Notes: generated from the sequence alone by a model not told the origin. Shown: positions 37,777 through 47,585, counted from the stretch's first letter. The stretch: DNA of 64,000 nucleotides from a virus (IMGVR_UViG_3300001525_000506:1-64000); one strand, 5' to 3'. Program-made: numbers and translations.

Positions 37777-38106
37777 TTATCGTTCCACCTCCATCACTAC
37801 CGCCCTGGGTATCTTTTTGACTTCGACGGGTACGATATCGAATCTCACTTGTTTGCAATAAGGTTCTATTGCGTGATAGATGTCGGTGTCGCGAACGAAC
37901 TCGCCCTTGAACACATATTGACCGTCTGTTCTCATAAACGAAACGACCTTGTCCCATATCATAGCCGCAGGTGCCTTTGAGAACTGCATCGTCACGTACT
38001 TGGTATCGTCATGAAGTATTGACATCGCCTCTGAATACAATATCGATTCCAAAGACTGTGCGAATTCATGTTCGTTTGTCGCGATAACAAATGCTATTTT
38101 ATACAT
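37777..38106 (-). CDS. hypothetical protein
   Basis: GGAGG RBS. Confidence 0.7.
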   Translation of the reverse strand: MYKIAFVIATNEHEFAQSLESILYSEAMSILHDDTKYVTMQFSKAPAAMIWDKVVSFMRTDGQYVFKGEFVRDTDIYHAIEPYCKQVRFDIVPVEVKKIPRAVVMEVER

Positions 38107-38497
38107 TATCTTTTACCTCCTGTTTTGGTTCTTCAACGTCATCAAAAAATACATAGTTGACTTTTGCTCCGAGTGGGTTTCTTTCTTCAACGACAATTCC
38201 CACGAGGTCCATTCTATCGATGTGATTTGGAACCCCTATAATCTTTTTCACGTCATAATAACGATATTGGCTCGGTTTGACATCGGGATGTGCCTTGTAA
38301 TAATCTCCGTCATCGGGTTCGGTTATTTGCCATACCATAACGGTTTCGAGTTTATGGTATCTATGGTAATAAGCTATTATGCCTCTATCATTTTCTGTCA
38401 CGATTTCTTCGCGATAGATTTCAACCGTCGTATTCGGTGCCACGAACTTTTTTACGAAATAATTAAGTTGCATTGGATATTCCTGCTGTTCATTCAT
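38099..38497 (-). CDS. hypothetical protein
   Basis: Coupled ORF. Confidence 0.7.
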   Translation of the reverse strand: MNEQQEYPMQLNYFVKKFVAPNTTVEIYREEIVTENDRGIIAYYHRYHKLETVMVWQITEPDDGDYYKAHPDVKPSQYRYYDVKKIIGVPNHIDRMDLVGIVVEERNPLGAKVNYVFFDDVEEPKQEVKDNV

Positions 38498-38750
38498 CTT
38501 TCATCTCCGTTTCAACCTCTTCATCACAGAACACAACATAACCTTTTTGTTGCATGTAGTCTGTGATATAGACAATGTGATAGAATTTGTCTTTGATTTT
38601 ATCGTTTACATACGGGCTATCAATACAGGTGTATTTAATAATATCGCCCACTTGATAATCACGGTCATTTAGTCGTATCTCAAACGGTTTAACGCCTTTT
38701 AATTTTGCATTTGCATATTCTGCTTTAATCTTTAACTCGTGTAATTTCAT
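38490..38750 (-). CDS. DUF3850 (ASCH/PUA-like) protein
   Basis: HELKI...KPFEIRLNDRDYQVGD. Confidence 0.8.
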   Translation of the reverse strand: MKLHELKIKAEYANAKLKGVKPFEIRLNDRDYQVGDIIKYTCIDSPYVNDKIKDKFYHIVYITDYMQQKGYVVFCDEEVETEMKDE

Positions 38751-38931
38751 CTTCCACCTCCGATTGTTTACATTGTTCGCATTGGTAATATATTGTTTCG
38801 TCTTTAGATACCCCGTTGCAAGTTATTGCGGAGAAACCAACTTCTTCATTGAAAAGGTCGCAAACATAACTGATATAAGTCGGACCGTAATGAGGGGCTG
38901 CGTGTTCGCAAAATTCACAATTCTTTTCCAT
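38725..38931 (-). CDS. Cys-rich miniprotein (CxxCKQSEVE family)
   Basis: Shared C-terminus. Confidence 0.7.
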   Translation of the reverse strand: MEKNCEFCEHAAPHYGPTYISYVCDLFNEEVGFSAITCNGVSKDETIYYQCEQCKQSEVEDEITRVKD

Positions 38932-39130
38932 CTTCTACCTCCGCTTGCCTACATTGTTCAAGTCTATTATAGAAACTATCGGGAGTTATCGGGAGATACT
39001 CATTAAACGCCATGCAATATGGTACTAACGAATGATTATCGATAAACTGACATCCATAACATTTTGAAGTATCGCCTTGCTTGTCGTTATTTATAAGTTC
39101 TATGTCCACTTTAATCTTTATTTTTGGCAT
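38915..39130 (-). CDS. Cys-rich miniprotein (QCRQAEVE family)
   Basis: Shared C-terminus. Confidence 0.7.
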   Translation of the reverse strand: MPKIKIKVDIELINNDKQGDTSKCYGCQFIDNHSLVPYCMAFNEYLPITPDSFYNRLEQCRQAEVEDGKEL

Positions 39131-39317
39131 CTTCCACCTCTGCTTTTTTGCACTCGTCGCAACGTATGCAATAGTAGTGGTTTTCGTTATCTTCTTTTAA
39201 TTCGCAATTATGAAAAGCACTGCAACGTGATATTCCATAATTGTCGGTATAATACATAGAACAGTAACGTTCATTATCACAATATTGTTCAGGCACTTCA
39301 ACCATTATCTTCGACAT
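39111..39317 (-). CDS. Cys-rich miniprotein (CxxCKKAEVE family)
   Basis: Shared C-terminus. Confidence 0.7.
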   Translation of the reverse strand: MSKIMVEVPEQYCDNERYCSMYYTDNYGISRCSAFHNCELKEDNENHYYCIRCDECKKAEVEDAKNKD

Positions 39318-39744
39318 TTTGCACCTCCTTGATGAGTTCGTCTATACCGCACGTAACAACGTCATAAGTTAAAGTGCTATCCAAGAGTGACAGCGCCTCC
39401 GCTTCTTTGATGTTTTTTACACCTAAATAGTCAAAAAAAATATCTTTCAACTTGTTCAGCACGTCGATTTGCGCTTGTTTGACTTTCGATTTGACAAGTT
39501 CTTCGTTTTCACAATACTCAATAATGTGTGTGAGCCGCTCAATCTCGGCTTTGTATTCGGACACGTCGCCGTAGCCTGCTTCGATAATAGCATCTGCGCA
39601 AAGTTCATAGACTTTATATTGCCAGCATCCATCATTCTCGGGGTCAACCTTGTCTGTATAATATGGCGGATTACTTTTGTCAGTAAGCGCATCATCGAAT
39701 ATATCTATCAACACATCTTTCAATTCTTCTTTACTCTTTATCAT
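39298..39744 (-). CDS. hypothetical protein carrying both GYGDVSEYK and KQAQIDVLNK modules
   Basis: Motifs shared with 20165, 20511, 27536. Confidence 0.75.
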   Translation of the reverse strand: MIKSKEELKDVLIDIFDDALTDKSNPPYYTDKVDPENDGCWQYKVYELCADAIIEAGYGDVSEYKAEIERLTHIIEYCENEELVKSKVKQAQIDVLNKLKDIFFDYLGVKNIKEAEALSLLDSTLTYDVVTCGIDELIKEVQNVEDNG

Positions 39745-39970
39745 ATCTTTTCATCCACTCCTCGTTTGCGATTTCTTCGAGTTTTTGAGGCATATATGCC
39801 CATAATACAACGGTGTCGAATTCGTTTTCGAAATCATCACATTGTGAGCAGTTGAAATGCCCATCATATACATTTAACGTAGCAATATAACCTGTTGCAC
39901 AAAGAACAAGAACTTCTCCGTTCCTCGGCTTTTTCTCTTCGGGTTTGAACCATTCAATAGTTGTCTTCAT
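39731..39970 (-). CDS. DUF551-like small protein
   Basis: WFKPEEKKP...VVLWAYMP; promoter 39999-40028. Confidence 0.7.
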   Translation of the reverse strand: MKTTIEWFKPEEKKPRNGEVLVLCATGYIATLNVYDGHFNCSQCDDFENEFDTVVLWAYMPQKLEEIANEEWMKRYDKE

Positions 39971-40062
39971 ATTTGTCTCCTTTTGTTTTTGTGCCTATAT
40001 AATAGCAAACTCCCCTGCGATAACGCAAGGGGGTTTGTGAAAAATTTTTTGTTTTTTTGTTT

Positions 40063-40257
40063 TTATTTTTGTTCGGTTTCGATTGGGATATCGGTTTCGA
40101 TATAAATCGGTGCTATCAGACCCCGTTCAAAGAACCAGTCATCAACCCAATCTTCCGCGACGTCGTAATCGTGTTTGTCCTTAGAATTGTGTATCTTTAC
40201 GCCTTTATCGCTCCACCTACGGATATGGTTTGTGTTGAATATTTCGCTTACTATCAT
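40063..40257 (-). CDS. small hypothetical protein
   Basis: Coupled to the LRR gene. Confidence 0.65.
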   Translation of the reverse strand: MIVSEIFNTNHIRRWSDKGVKIHNSKDKHDYDVAEDWVDDWFFERGLIAPIYIETDIPIETEQK

Positions 40258-41540
40258 TATGCTGTCACCTCACTTGCTTTGTATATATAATCCGCATACG
40301 TTGACCAATTCGCTGCTGCTATCCATTCGTCATAGAGCGAATCTGGGACGATGATTTTCGCAATGGCATTTATTCTATAAAAAGCATTGTTTCCCAGAGA
40401 AGGGATGCTCGTAAATTGAGAAAAATTATAATTCATTAGTGAATAACAATTATCAAATACACTGTACCCCAGTTTTGTAACACTATTTGGAATTATCACG
40501 CTTTCTAAAACACTACAACCGCTGAAGGCGCTATAACCAATTTCAGAGGGTGAACCCGAAAACGTAACGTTTGTCAAATTAGAACAAGAAGAAAACACCG
40601 AAGGACCAATAACATTACACGGAATTGTAACACTTGTAAGCGATTTACAATCACCAAAAGCACTACCATAAAGGGACTTTACGTTGTTGTGAATTACTAT
40701 TTCTGACAATGCGATACATTCCATAAAAGCATATGTTTGAATCTCTGTAATATTCTTGCTAATCGCAATGTTTGTCAACGCTCTACATTGCCAGAAAGCA
40801 TTAGTGCCGATGCGTGATATACCCATACCAAGACTCACACTTGTCAATCTATCACAACCTTGAAAAGCATAAAGGGAACCTGTTGTAACGCTGTTAGGGA
40901 TTATTATATGTGTTAATATACGACAAAAACTAAAAGTATGGCTACCAATATCCGTAATCTTATTTGATAATGTTACTGTTGCTAAAGACCAACTAAATCC
41001 AAAAGCATAAGCGCCAATTTCAGTTATATTTGCCAACCTTGCAGTAACACAATAATAATTAAGAGTATTTGTCGATTGCCCAAACAATCCGCTATCCTCG
41101 GACGTTGTCATCGTCGTCCCATCACATTTGATAGTATAATCCCCGTATGTAGTATATGTATGTGTCGTTTCTGTATCACTCGTGCCATCGCCCCAGTCTT
41201 TTGTGCCGTCCATATTAAGCGTCACTGATAATCCCGTAACCTTTGTCAATGTGATATCGAATTCGTTTTGACCGCTCGCCGTAGTGTAAACAGCACCGAC
41301 CATAACGTTATTGTCGGCGATAGTAATTTTATTATCTGTAATTGCTTGCGAGGCGCTCCATTCTTGGAACACCAGTCCTTCGTGAGACGGCGCAGCAGGC
41401 AAATCGAAACTGTCGCCGTTGTTGCCGCGTTTCTCGAGCAATACGGTTCCGTCATAATCTATAACTTTAACCCAAAAATCGCCTGTACCTACGCCATGGT
41501 CGATTTCGGTTTCGGGAATGAGTCGTACTATTTTCGCCAT
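40257..41540 (-). CDS. BspA-type leucine-rich-repeat protein (putative adhesin/RBP)
   Basis: About 8 repeats like ITEIGAYAF..C..LTSVTIPNSV. Confidence 0.9.
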   Translation of the reverse strand: MAKIVRLIPETEIDHGVGTGDFWVKVIDYDGTVLLEKRGNNGDSFDLPAAPSHEGLVFQEWSASQAITDNKITIADNNVMVGAVYTTASGQNEFDITLTKVTGLSVTLNMDGTKDWGDGTSDTETTHTYTTYGDYTIKCDGTTMTTSEDSGLFGQSTNTLNYYCVTARLANITEIGAYAFGFSWSLATVTLSNKITDIGSHTFSFCRILTHIIIPNSVTTGSLYAFQGCDRLTSVSLGMGISRIGTNAFWQCRALTNIAISKNITEIQTYAFMECIALSEIVIHNNVKSLYGSAFGDCKSLTSVTIPCNVIGPSVFSSCSNLTNVTFSGSPSEIGYSAFSGCSVLESVIIPNSVTKLGYSVFDNCYSLMNYNFSQFTSIPSLGNNAFYRINAIAKIIVPDSLYDEWIAAANWSTYADYIYKASEVTA

Positions 41541-41541
41541 A

Positions 41542-43254
41542 TTAGTCCTCCATTACGATATATAATGCTTGATTTATGTATTTTGTGCCAGTTTCGCCTG
41601 TATATTGATATACTTTACCGATATTGCTACCTGTCGCTTTCGCGTCCAATTCCGCCTCGGATTGTGCCTCTTCAAACACGCTATTGGATAGTTGCTGTTC
41701 GAGTACGTAACTGGGTCCGATAGTGGTTGTTTTTGTAAAGTTCGCGGTCTTACCGAATATAGCGTTAAAGATGTCGGGACGGTTAATTTTTGTTATAGTC
41801 GCAGGTGCCGTATATGTCGTCCCGTCAATTTCGATGCTCTCAGGAATCGTAATGCTTGCTTTTGTAGGCGTTTCATCTTCGGGGCTTATGATATACGGGT
41901 CTTCTACTCCAAGTTCGGCATAAGCTATCAATACTGCAGCGTCGCCACCCTTTGCGATTGTGGGAGATATCATAGCACCATAATCATCATTTTCGCTTAC
42001 GGGATATGGATTTTCTTGGTTTAAGAAAATATATGTTGCTGTATCCGATGCGAATTCGGCGCTTGGTATCTTTTCTACTAAGGCATAAAATTCGTCGTAA
42101 GTGATAGATTGGTTCACATACATAGTCGAACCCACAAAAGCATCACCGACTTCGAACGGAGACTCGGCTGCGTAGTCATTGTGTTGTATATATTTTTCTG
42201 CGACCTTATATACGCCACCCTCAATATACTTGTTGTTGACTTCGCTACCTGCCATGTTTGTAAGTATTAAAGCGTCATCGACAGCAACTGTGTATGAACC
42301 CGTTCTATTTACATAAAGCAATTGGATAACTCCGTTCAAAGAATCCATTGTAGATTCACCTGTATCACCTTCGAAGTTTGTCCAACCTACATCCCAGTCT
42401 TCATCGGCAGTCCAAGTATCTATGACTGTACCAGACTTTATGTGATACAAGAACGCAGGAGTTGTGACATTACTTACTTCATTGCCTGCGCTATTGAGAT
42501 AGCTTGCCTCAATACCCAAAGCATAACCATGCGTACCGTCAATATTTGTAAATTTATATACTTTAGTTTTAATGTAATATGTTAAAGCCGCTGAGCCAGA
42601 ACCGCCAGTAATAGTTAGACTAAGCACAACCTTTTCGCTTTCACCCGCAAGCCACTTGTCAATATATGAACACATACGCTGAATGCCTATGCTCTCGTAA
42701 TTGAATTTAGCCTGGTCATAAGTTGCAGCTGCAGGCAATGCCATATGATATTTTGCATATTCCATTCTCACAAACGAGTCTTTATACTCTGCAGCGATAT
42801 ATGCGTCCATTTCGGCATCGGTCGTAGCGATATATGGATTCGATACGCCTCCGTCCACGTTGACGGTCACTTGACTGTAAGCATTCACGCCGTCATCTGC
42901 AGGATAATATATACCGTTTTCGGTGACGACCTTATCCGAAACTTTATATTGTCCTTCCAGTTTCTCGCCTTTGCCGTTATATGCTTGATATCCGTCAAGA
43001 ACCTTCGAGGAATCCGCAGGATTATTTAACGCCTCAAGGTAAAAATACGGCGCGAAAAAATAAACATACTCGAGTCCTTCCAATTTTCTGGACACTCGAT
43101 AGATATATCCGTTTTCGTATTCGGTCGCACTCGTTCCCGTATATTTTACGAACATGTCTAAATAGCGTTCGCTTAAATATTTAGGCATTTGCGACGAACT
43201 TGTAACAATTATGGGATTGGTATCGAGCCAAACCGATAACATTCTTCCTATCAT
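41542..43254 (-). CDS. putative tail/receptor-binding structural protein
   Basis: 570 aa, T/Y/G/S-rich, between the collagen-like and LRR genes. Confidence 0.6.
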   Translation of the reverse strand: MIGRMLSVWLDTNPIIVTSSSQMPKYLSERYLDMFVKYTGTSATEYENGYIYRVSRKLEGLEYVYFFAPYFYLEALNNPADSSKVLDGYQAYNGKGEKLEGQYKVSDKVVTENGIYYPADDGVNAYSQVTVNVDGGVSNPYIATTDAEMDAYIAAEYKDSFVRMEYAKYHMALPAAATYDQAKFNYESIGIQRMCSYIDKWLAGESEKVVLSLTITGGSGSAALTYYIKTKVYKFTNIDGTHGYALGIEASYLNSAGNEVSNVTTPAFLYHIKSGTVIDTWTADEDWDVGWTNFEGDTGESTMDSLNGVIQLLYVNRTGSYTVAVDDALILTNMAGSEVNNKYIEGGVYKVAEKYIQHNDYAAESPFEVGDAFVGSTMYVNQSITYDEFYALVEKIPSAEFASDTATYIFLNQENPYPVSENDDYGAMISPTIAKGGDAAVLIAYAELGVEDPYIISPEDETPTKASITIPESIEIDGTTYTAPATITKINRPDIFNAIFGKTANFTKTTTIGPSYVLEQQLSNSVFEEAQSEAELDAKATGSNIGKVYQYTGETGTKYINQALYIVMED

Positions 43255-43263
43255 TTTATCACC

Positions 43264-45519
43264 TCACGCCATTATATGAGTCAACACGACATTAAACGTT
43301 TTTTCTTCTGTCGGTATCTTCTTCGCATAGATTCTTATACCAAAAATGTCTGCGCCCCAAGTTTCAACAAATGGCGCAAAATTACCGCTATATATATCAT
43401 CTACGCTTGTCGGGATTACTTCGGGAACATATGTATTTATATCATACACAATATTTTGCCTAATGCTGGCTGGACATATCAATTCAATGCTATAATTATA
43501 TCCATATTCTTGATATTTTGTATCTTGTGTCCAAGAAGATACTCCTGCCGTTACCGAAAACGAAACTATGTTTGTATCGATTGAGTTTTTCGCCGTTATA
43601 TCTATCGAGTCAGTCAAGGTTCCATCTGTTTTCGAAAACACAACGGTTGTCGTTGTGTTATCTTCGGTAATTTCCGTTTTTGTTACTCTTGCGGTGCTAA
43701 TACCGACGCCCTGTTCGCCTTGTTGTCCTTTTACATTTTTGAAAGCAAAAGCAAAACGGGGTGCCAATGTTGTTCCGCTTTTTGTCACATCTACTGACGG
43801 AGTACCGACATTATTATCAACGGTAGCAGATATAGTTATATTTGGTGTCGCACCTGTATCGCCTTGCCCGCCTTTTAATCCTTTGAATTTCAAATTAAAA
43901 GTAGGATTCTCCGCAGTTCCGCTTTTTGTCACATCTACTGACGGAGTACCTGTCGTATTCTCAACGAGTGCAGACATGTTTATATCTGGCGTATTTCCAA
44001 TTTCACCCTTTAGGTTGCTGAAAGCAAAATCAAATACTTTTCCACCAGGATAATCACCGTCATTACCAGTTGTAACTTTTACAGAAGGCGTCCCTACATT
44101 ATTGTCAACCGTTGCCGTGGCTCGCACGTGCGGAGTTGTGCCATTATCTCCCTTTTGACCTTTTAAGTTTTTGAAGGCAAGAGTAAATTTTGGGTAATCT
44201 ATAGAGGTACTTTTTGTTATTTCTACAGACGGGATGCCGACATTATCGTCGATGGTTGCCTCCATTGTTATAAACGGTGTTTTTCCCGTCTCGCCTTTTA
44301 TATTTTTGAACGCAAAGTCAAAAACAGGATTTGAAAGTGTACCACTTTTTGTGACTTCTGCAGAAGGCGTCCCTACATTATTATCGACAGTTGCGGATAT
44401 GCTTATATTTGGAGGAGCACCTCTTGTTGCGAGAACAGCATATACATACAAAGGTTCTTTTATATCAGACGCGCCTCCAATATGTCCGATAACCAAAAAA
44501 GTATCACCCGAAACAGAGTTTTCCCAAAAATATATTATATCATCATATATGGATACTTCTCTATTATACCATTGCGCTTGTCCAGACAAATCGTACCAAC
44601 CGTTAATTTGAGGGTCAGTGTCGAATACGAGTTTTGTTTGACAAATAACATATCCTAAACCTGTTTTTCCCGTATTACCCGTAAAACAAACCGCAGTCGT
44701 GCTGTCGAATTGCGCCGAAACGATTTCGTCATCGGATATATTAGTAACCGTTGCCATTACGACATAGTCTTTGGAAGTGTCCTCGAGTTCGTAAAAATAC
44801 AAGAAACTCTCGTCTTTTTTCGGCATTCTGTTGAAATCATCCGCTTTCATTTGCATGCTGAAAACAGTCCCGTCTTTTGTAAACGCGTCTTCGGATTCTT
44901 TTTGGTCTATTTTGTTGTAAACGAGTTGCGGTCTGAGATAATCGCCGAGAATATATTGTTGCAAAAGCCAGTTAAACTCAGAACTGTTCACGATACCGTC
45001 GGGCAACAGAACCGCATCCTCGACCGTAAACGCAACGCGTTCGAGAGAAAGCCAATTTGATATGACAGTAGAATCTGCAACGGCAACTTTTCCAGCCTGA
45101 ATCGTCATCAAGACCGTTCCGCCACGCTTAAACACATCGCCTTCGGAAACGTATTCGATAGTGGTTTTGTCTGCGTTTGCGAGTTCGGAAAGCCTTCCAC
45201 ACGGAACTTCTATTGCAAAGAACTCGTACTCTTTGCCGTATTGGAAGTGTTTAAGGTCACGGTTCCTGTCGAACGGAACGGTTTTTGTCACGAGATTATC
45301 ATCGCGGGTTACGGAATAATCTTCGTTCAAAACCTCGCCGTCTGCGAGTTGGAACCAGTATTTTAATGAATATATGTTTTTCGCGATTTTGCCCGAATCG
45401 GGTCTGCTGGCATCTTCGATAAAAACATTGACCGTATTCACGCCAACGTTGTATTGTCGCAATGCCTCATCGTTTATAGTTTCGAGCAATGTGCCCTTGC
45501 TGTCAAAATATAAATACAC
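43264..45519 (-). CDS. BppU-like baseplate/fibre protein with repeated ATVDNNVGTPSV...FxFKNxKGxxG units
   Basis: GTG start after AAGGAG; N-terminus paralogous to 56983; about six ~45-aa repeats; own promoter 45550-45578. Confidence 0.8.
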   Translation of the reverse strand: MYLYFDSKGTLLETINDEALRQYNVGVNTVNVFIEDASRPDSGKIAKNIYSLKYWFQLADGEVLNEDYSVTRDDNLVTKTVPFDRNRDLKHFQYGKEYEFFAIEVPCGRLSELANADKTTIEYVSEGDVFKRGGTVLMTIQAGKVAVADSTVISNWLSLERVAFTVEDAVLLPDGIVNSSEFNWLLQQYILGDYLRPQLVYNKIDQKESEDAFTKDGTVFSMQMKADDFNRMPKKDESFLYFYELEDTSKDYVVMATVTNISDDEIVSAQFDSTTAVCFTGNTGKTGLGYVICQTKLVFDTDPQINGWYDLSGQAQWYNREVSIYDDIIYFWENSVSGDTFLVIGHIGGASDIKEPLYVYAVLATRGAPPNISISATVDNNVGTPSAEVTKSGTLSNPVFDFAFKNIKGETGKTPFITMEATIDDNVGIPSVEITKSTSIDYPKFTLAFKNLKGQKGDNGTTPHVRATATVDNNVGTPSVKVTTGNDGDYPGGKVFDFAFSNLKGEIGNTPDINMSALVENTTGTPSVDVTKSGTAENPTFNLKFKGLKGGQGDTGATPNITISATVDNNVGTPSVDVTKSGTTLAPRFAFAFKNVKGQQGEQGVGISTARVTKTEITEDNTTTTVVFSKTDGTLTDSIDITAKNSIDTNIVSFSVTAGVSSWTQDTKYQEYGYNYSIELICPASIRQNIVYDINTYVPEVIPTSVDDIYSGNFAPFVETWGADIFGIRIYAKKIPTEEKTFNVVLTHIMA

Positions 45520-45590
45520 GGAAATTATCTCCTTTTTCGTTATATCATTAGTATAAAACAAAAAAATATGTTAGTCAAGATTTACAGAAC

Positions 45591-45740
45591 AAAAAAATCC
45601 GCCCCACCAAAGTATTAACGACGGCTCGGAAAGCGAGCAATCTTCTTTGAGTAGAGCGGTTGTGTTACGGGTTCACGGCAAACTAAACAACATTCGCTAT
45701 CCGTAACGATTGTGTAAGATTACTTTCGGAGGAACCTCAC
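45591..45740 (-). ncRNA. candidate ~150-nt rod-shaped RNA
   Basis: TTGACA-17-TAGAAT promoter (45747-45775); nested stems GTAATCTT/AAGATTGC and GTTACGG/CCGTAAC; U-run end; no ORF. Confidence 0.55.
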
Positions 45741-45778
45741 ACACATATTCTAAAATATTTGTACGACGTTGTCAACCC

Positions 45779-46228
45779 CTATTTGACGACTCTCATATAA
45801 TATTTTAATGTTTTGCATTTACCGACGTCTTTATCATCGAGCCAGTCTTTTGCCAATTGTGCATACGTTGCCGTATCGAAACGCGGATTATAGTAGTCGC
45901 TGTAGCACATATTTATTGCAGAGAAGAAGTCAGACGGGTCGGCATCGGGCGCGTATTGCTTTCGAACCGATTCCGTTTCTTCCCACGTCCAATGACCACC
46001 TCGAGAGCCGTCCTTGTTCTCCATAGCCGAAACCCATTCTTTCGCGAGGTCTTCTCCGAGATGACCATCATGAGCGATTTTATGGACTTTGTAAACGATT
46101 TCGCAATACTCGTCCTTGTCGCTCTCACGCAAATCTTCGACTACTTCATTGAACAATTCTTCGAGTTTCTGCATATCTTCGGGCTTACCGTGTTCGATTA
46201 TATGACGTATATCGTGTTTTAATATCAT
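45779..46228 (-). CDS. hypothetical protein (cassette gene 6)
   Basis: WVSAMENKDGSRGGHWTWEET motif. Confidence 0.8.
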   Translation of the reverse strand: MILKHDIRHIIEHGKPEDMQKLEELFNEVVEDLRESDKDEYCEIVYKVHKIAHDGHLGEDLAKEWVSAMENKDGSRGGHWTWEETESVRKQYAPDADPSDFFSAINMCYSDYYNPRFDTATYAQLAKDWLDDKDVGKCKTLKYYMRVVK

Positions 46229-46422
46229 TTTTGTTGTCCCTTTAAGAGAGCTATTATCTCTTCGTTCTGTTTTATGATGGTTGCCAGCATAGAGTTTTGG
46301 TTCTTTCGGAGTTCATCCATGATGCCGTCCACTTGTTGTTGGTTCAAATTCAGGTTTTCTAACCCGATTATGAACGAAAGTACCGTTAATACATCTAAAA
46401 AATCTAAATTCCAATCGTCCAT
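46225..46422 (-). CDS. small protein (cassette gene 5)
   Basis: LDVLTVLSFIIGLENL...Q/N-rich coil. Confidence 0.75.
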   Translation of the reverse strand: MDDWNLDFLDVLTVLSFIIGLENLNLNQQQVDGIMDELRKNQNSMLATIIKQNEEIIALLKGQQK

Positions 46423-46440
46423 ACTGACAACCGCCACAAA

Positions 46441-46857
46441 TTAGAGTTTAACTACGGTCATATCCGCATTCGAAACCGTAATCGCCACACCGCTGTTCAA
46501 GAGCGTAAGCGTATCAATAATGTTTTGACTATTGTACGTTCTTACGATTGCCGCGAATGACAAGCTGCGGACTTCGGTCGTTGCCGTCGTTATGGTCGTG
46601 CTTGCAGTTCCACCTACAACTGCCGTGCCGTTTTGTTGGAGTGCGATTGTAACCGTACCCGCAGCAGGAGCCGTGAACGTAACCGTCACATTTACGAGAT
46701 AGAAGTTGGAACCGCAGTCGCTTATTGCTACTCCAGTACCTGATTGCACTATCTCTCCACCGCGTCTACGCACAGTATTTGAAAACGGGATTACAGCATT
46801 TGCCAAGACGGAAGTTGAAGTCGTTGTTGCAACATCAATCAATGATTTACAAGACAT
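46441..46857 (-). CDS. BclA C-terminal (C1q/TNF-like) domain protein
   Basis: IPF...YLVNVTVTF...LQQNG...MTVVKL beta-sandwich pattern. Confidence 0.65.
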   Translation of the reverse strand: MSCKSLIDVATTTSTSVLANAVIPFSNTVRRRGGEIVQSGTGVAISDCGSNFYLVNVTVTFTAPAAGTVTIALQQNGTAVVGGTASTTITTATTEVRSLSFAAIVRTYNSQNIIDTLTLLNSGVAITVSNADMTVVKL

Positions 46858-46959
46858 ATTTGAATCTCCTTTATTTTATTTTTGAAAGAGGGACAAGGTT
46901 TTTGCCCTGCCCCTCTAAAATCGTCGGCTAACAGAGCCTTAATTCAGTTTAGACCCAAA

Positions 46960-47520
46960 TTAGATTGTGCCGTAGCCATATCCGCAACCGCAACCGCTGC
47001 AGAACGGGGATGCGCCCGCGTTATAAGTGATTGCTTGAGGATAACGGACTACGCCAGACAACGCTTGTTGAAGTTCAAGTTGGCTGATTTTGCCTTGCAA
47101 TGCCGAAATCTTGTCCTCAGAGAGTCTGTCGAGAATCTTTTGAGTTTGTGCCGTAACGTTCGCGTTGATAAGCGCGGTGGATTGGTCGATACGAGAATAC
47201 GTCGAACCAAATTGCTGTGCCATTTCGTAACCGAGACTGCACAAACCGTTTTGGATTGCGTCCGTTTTGCGTTCGACAACGTTACCGTTGTTCATTACTT
47301 GGCTTTCGAGACGAGTGAAGTTTGCGCTGTTGTTCAAATCTTCAACAGTTGCGCATCTGCCGTCAGCTCCGCGGTTGCCCCAGAGACCGCCACCGCCCCA
47401 CATCATAGCGAGTATGGCGAAGATAACCAAAAAGGAACCATCACCGCCGAAAATTCCATCGTTACCATAGCCGTAGCCAGGGTTCATACTCATTACAGGT
47501 TGAATACCAGAACCTTCCAT
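46960..47520 (-). CDS. Gly-rich hydrophobic N-terminus plus coiled-coil protein (cassette gene 3)
   Basis: FGGDG...MMWGGGGLWG; TQKILDRL...; C-terminal CSGCGCG. Confidence 0.8.
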   Translation of the reverse strand: MEGSGIQPVMSMNPGYGYGNDGIFGGDGSFLVIFAILAMMWGGGGLWGNRGADGRCATVEDLNNSANFTRLESQVMNNGNVVERKTDAIQNGLCSLGYEMAQQFGSTYSRIDQSTALINANVTAQTQKILDRLSEDKISALQGKISQLELQQALSGVVRYPQAITYNAGASPFCSGCGCGYGYGTI

Positions 47521-47585
47521 TTTTTGCTTCTCCTTTTATAAATTTATTTATACACATCGACATAGACGTCATTTGCCGATTTGTA

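Noticed and set aside
40257-45519. Diversity-generating retroelement targeting the LRR or fibre genes
   Set aside because: No reverse transcriptase and no adenine-mismatched TR/VR pair seen; the repeats in 43600-44430 are coding repeats.
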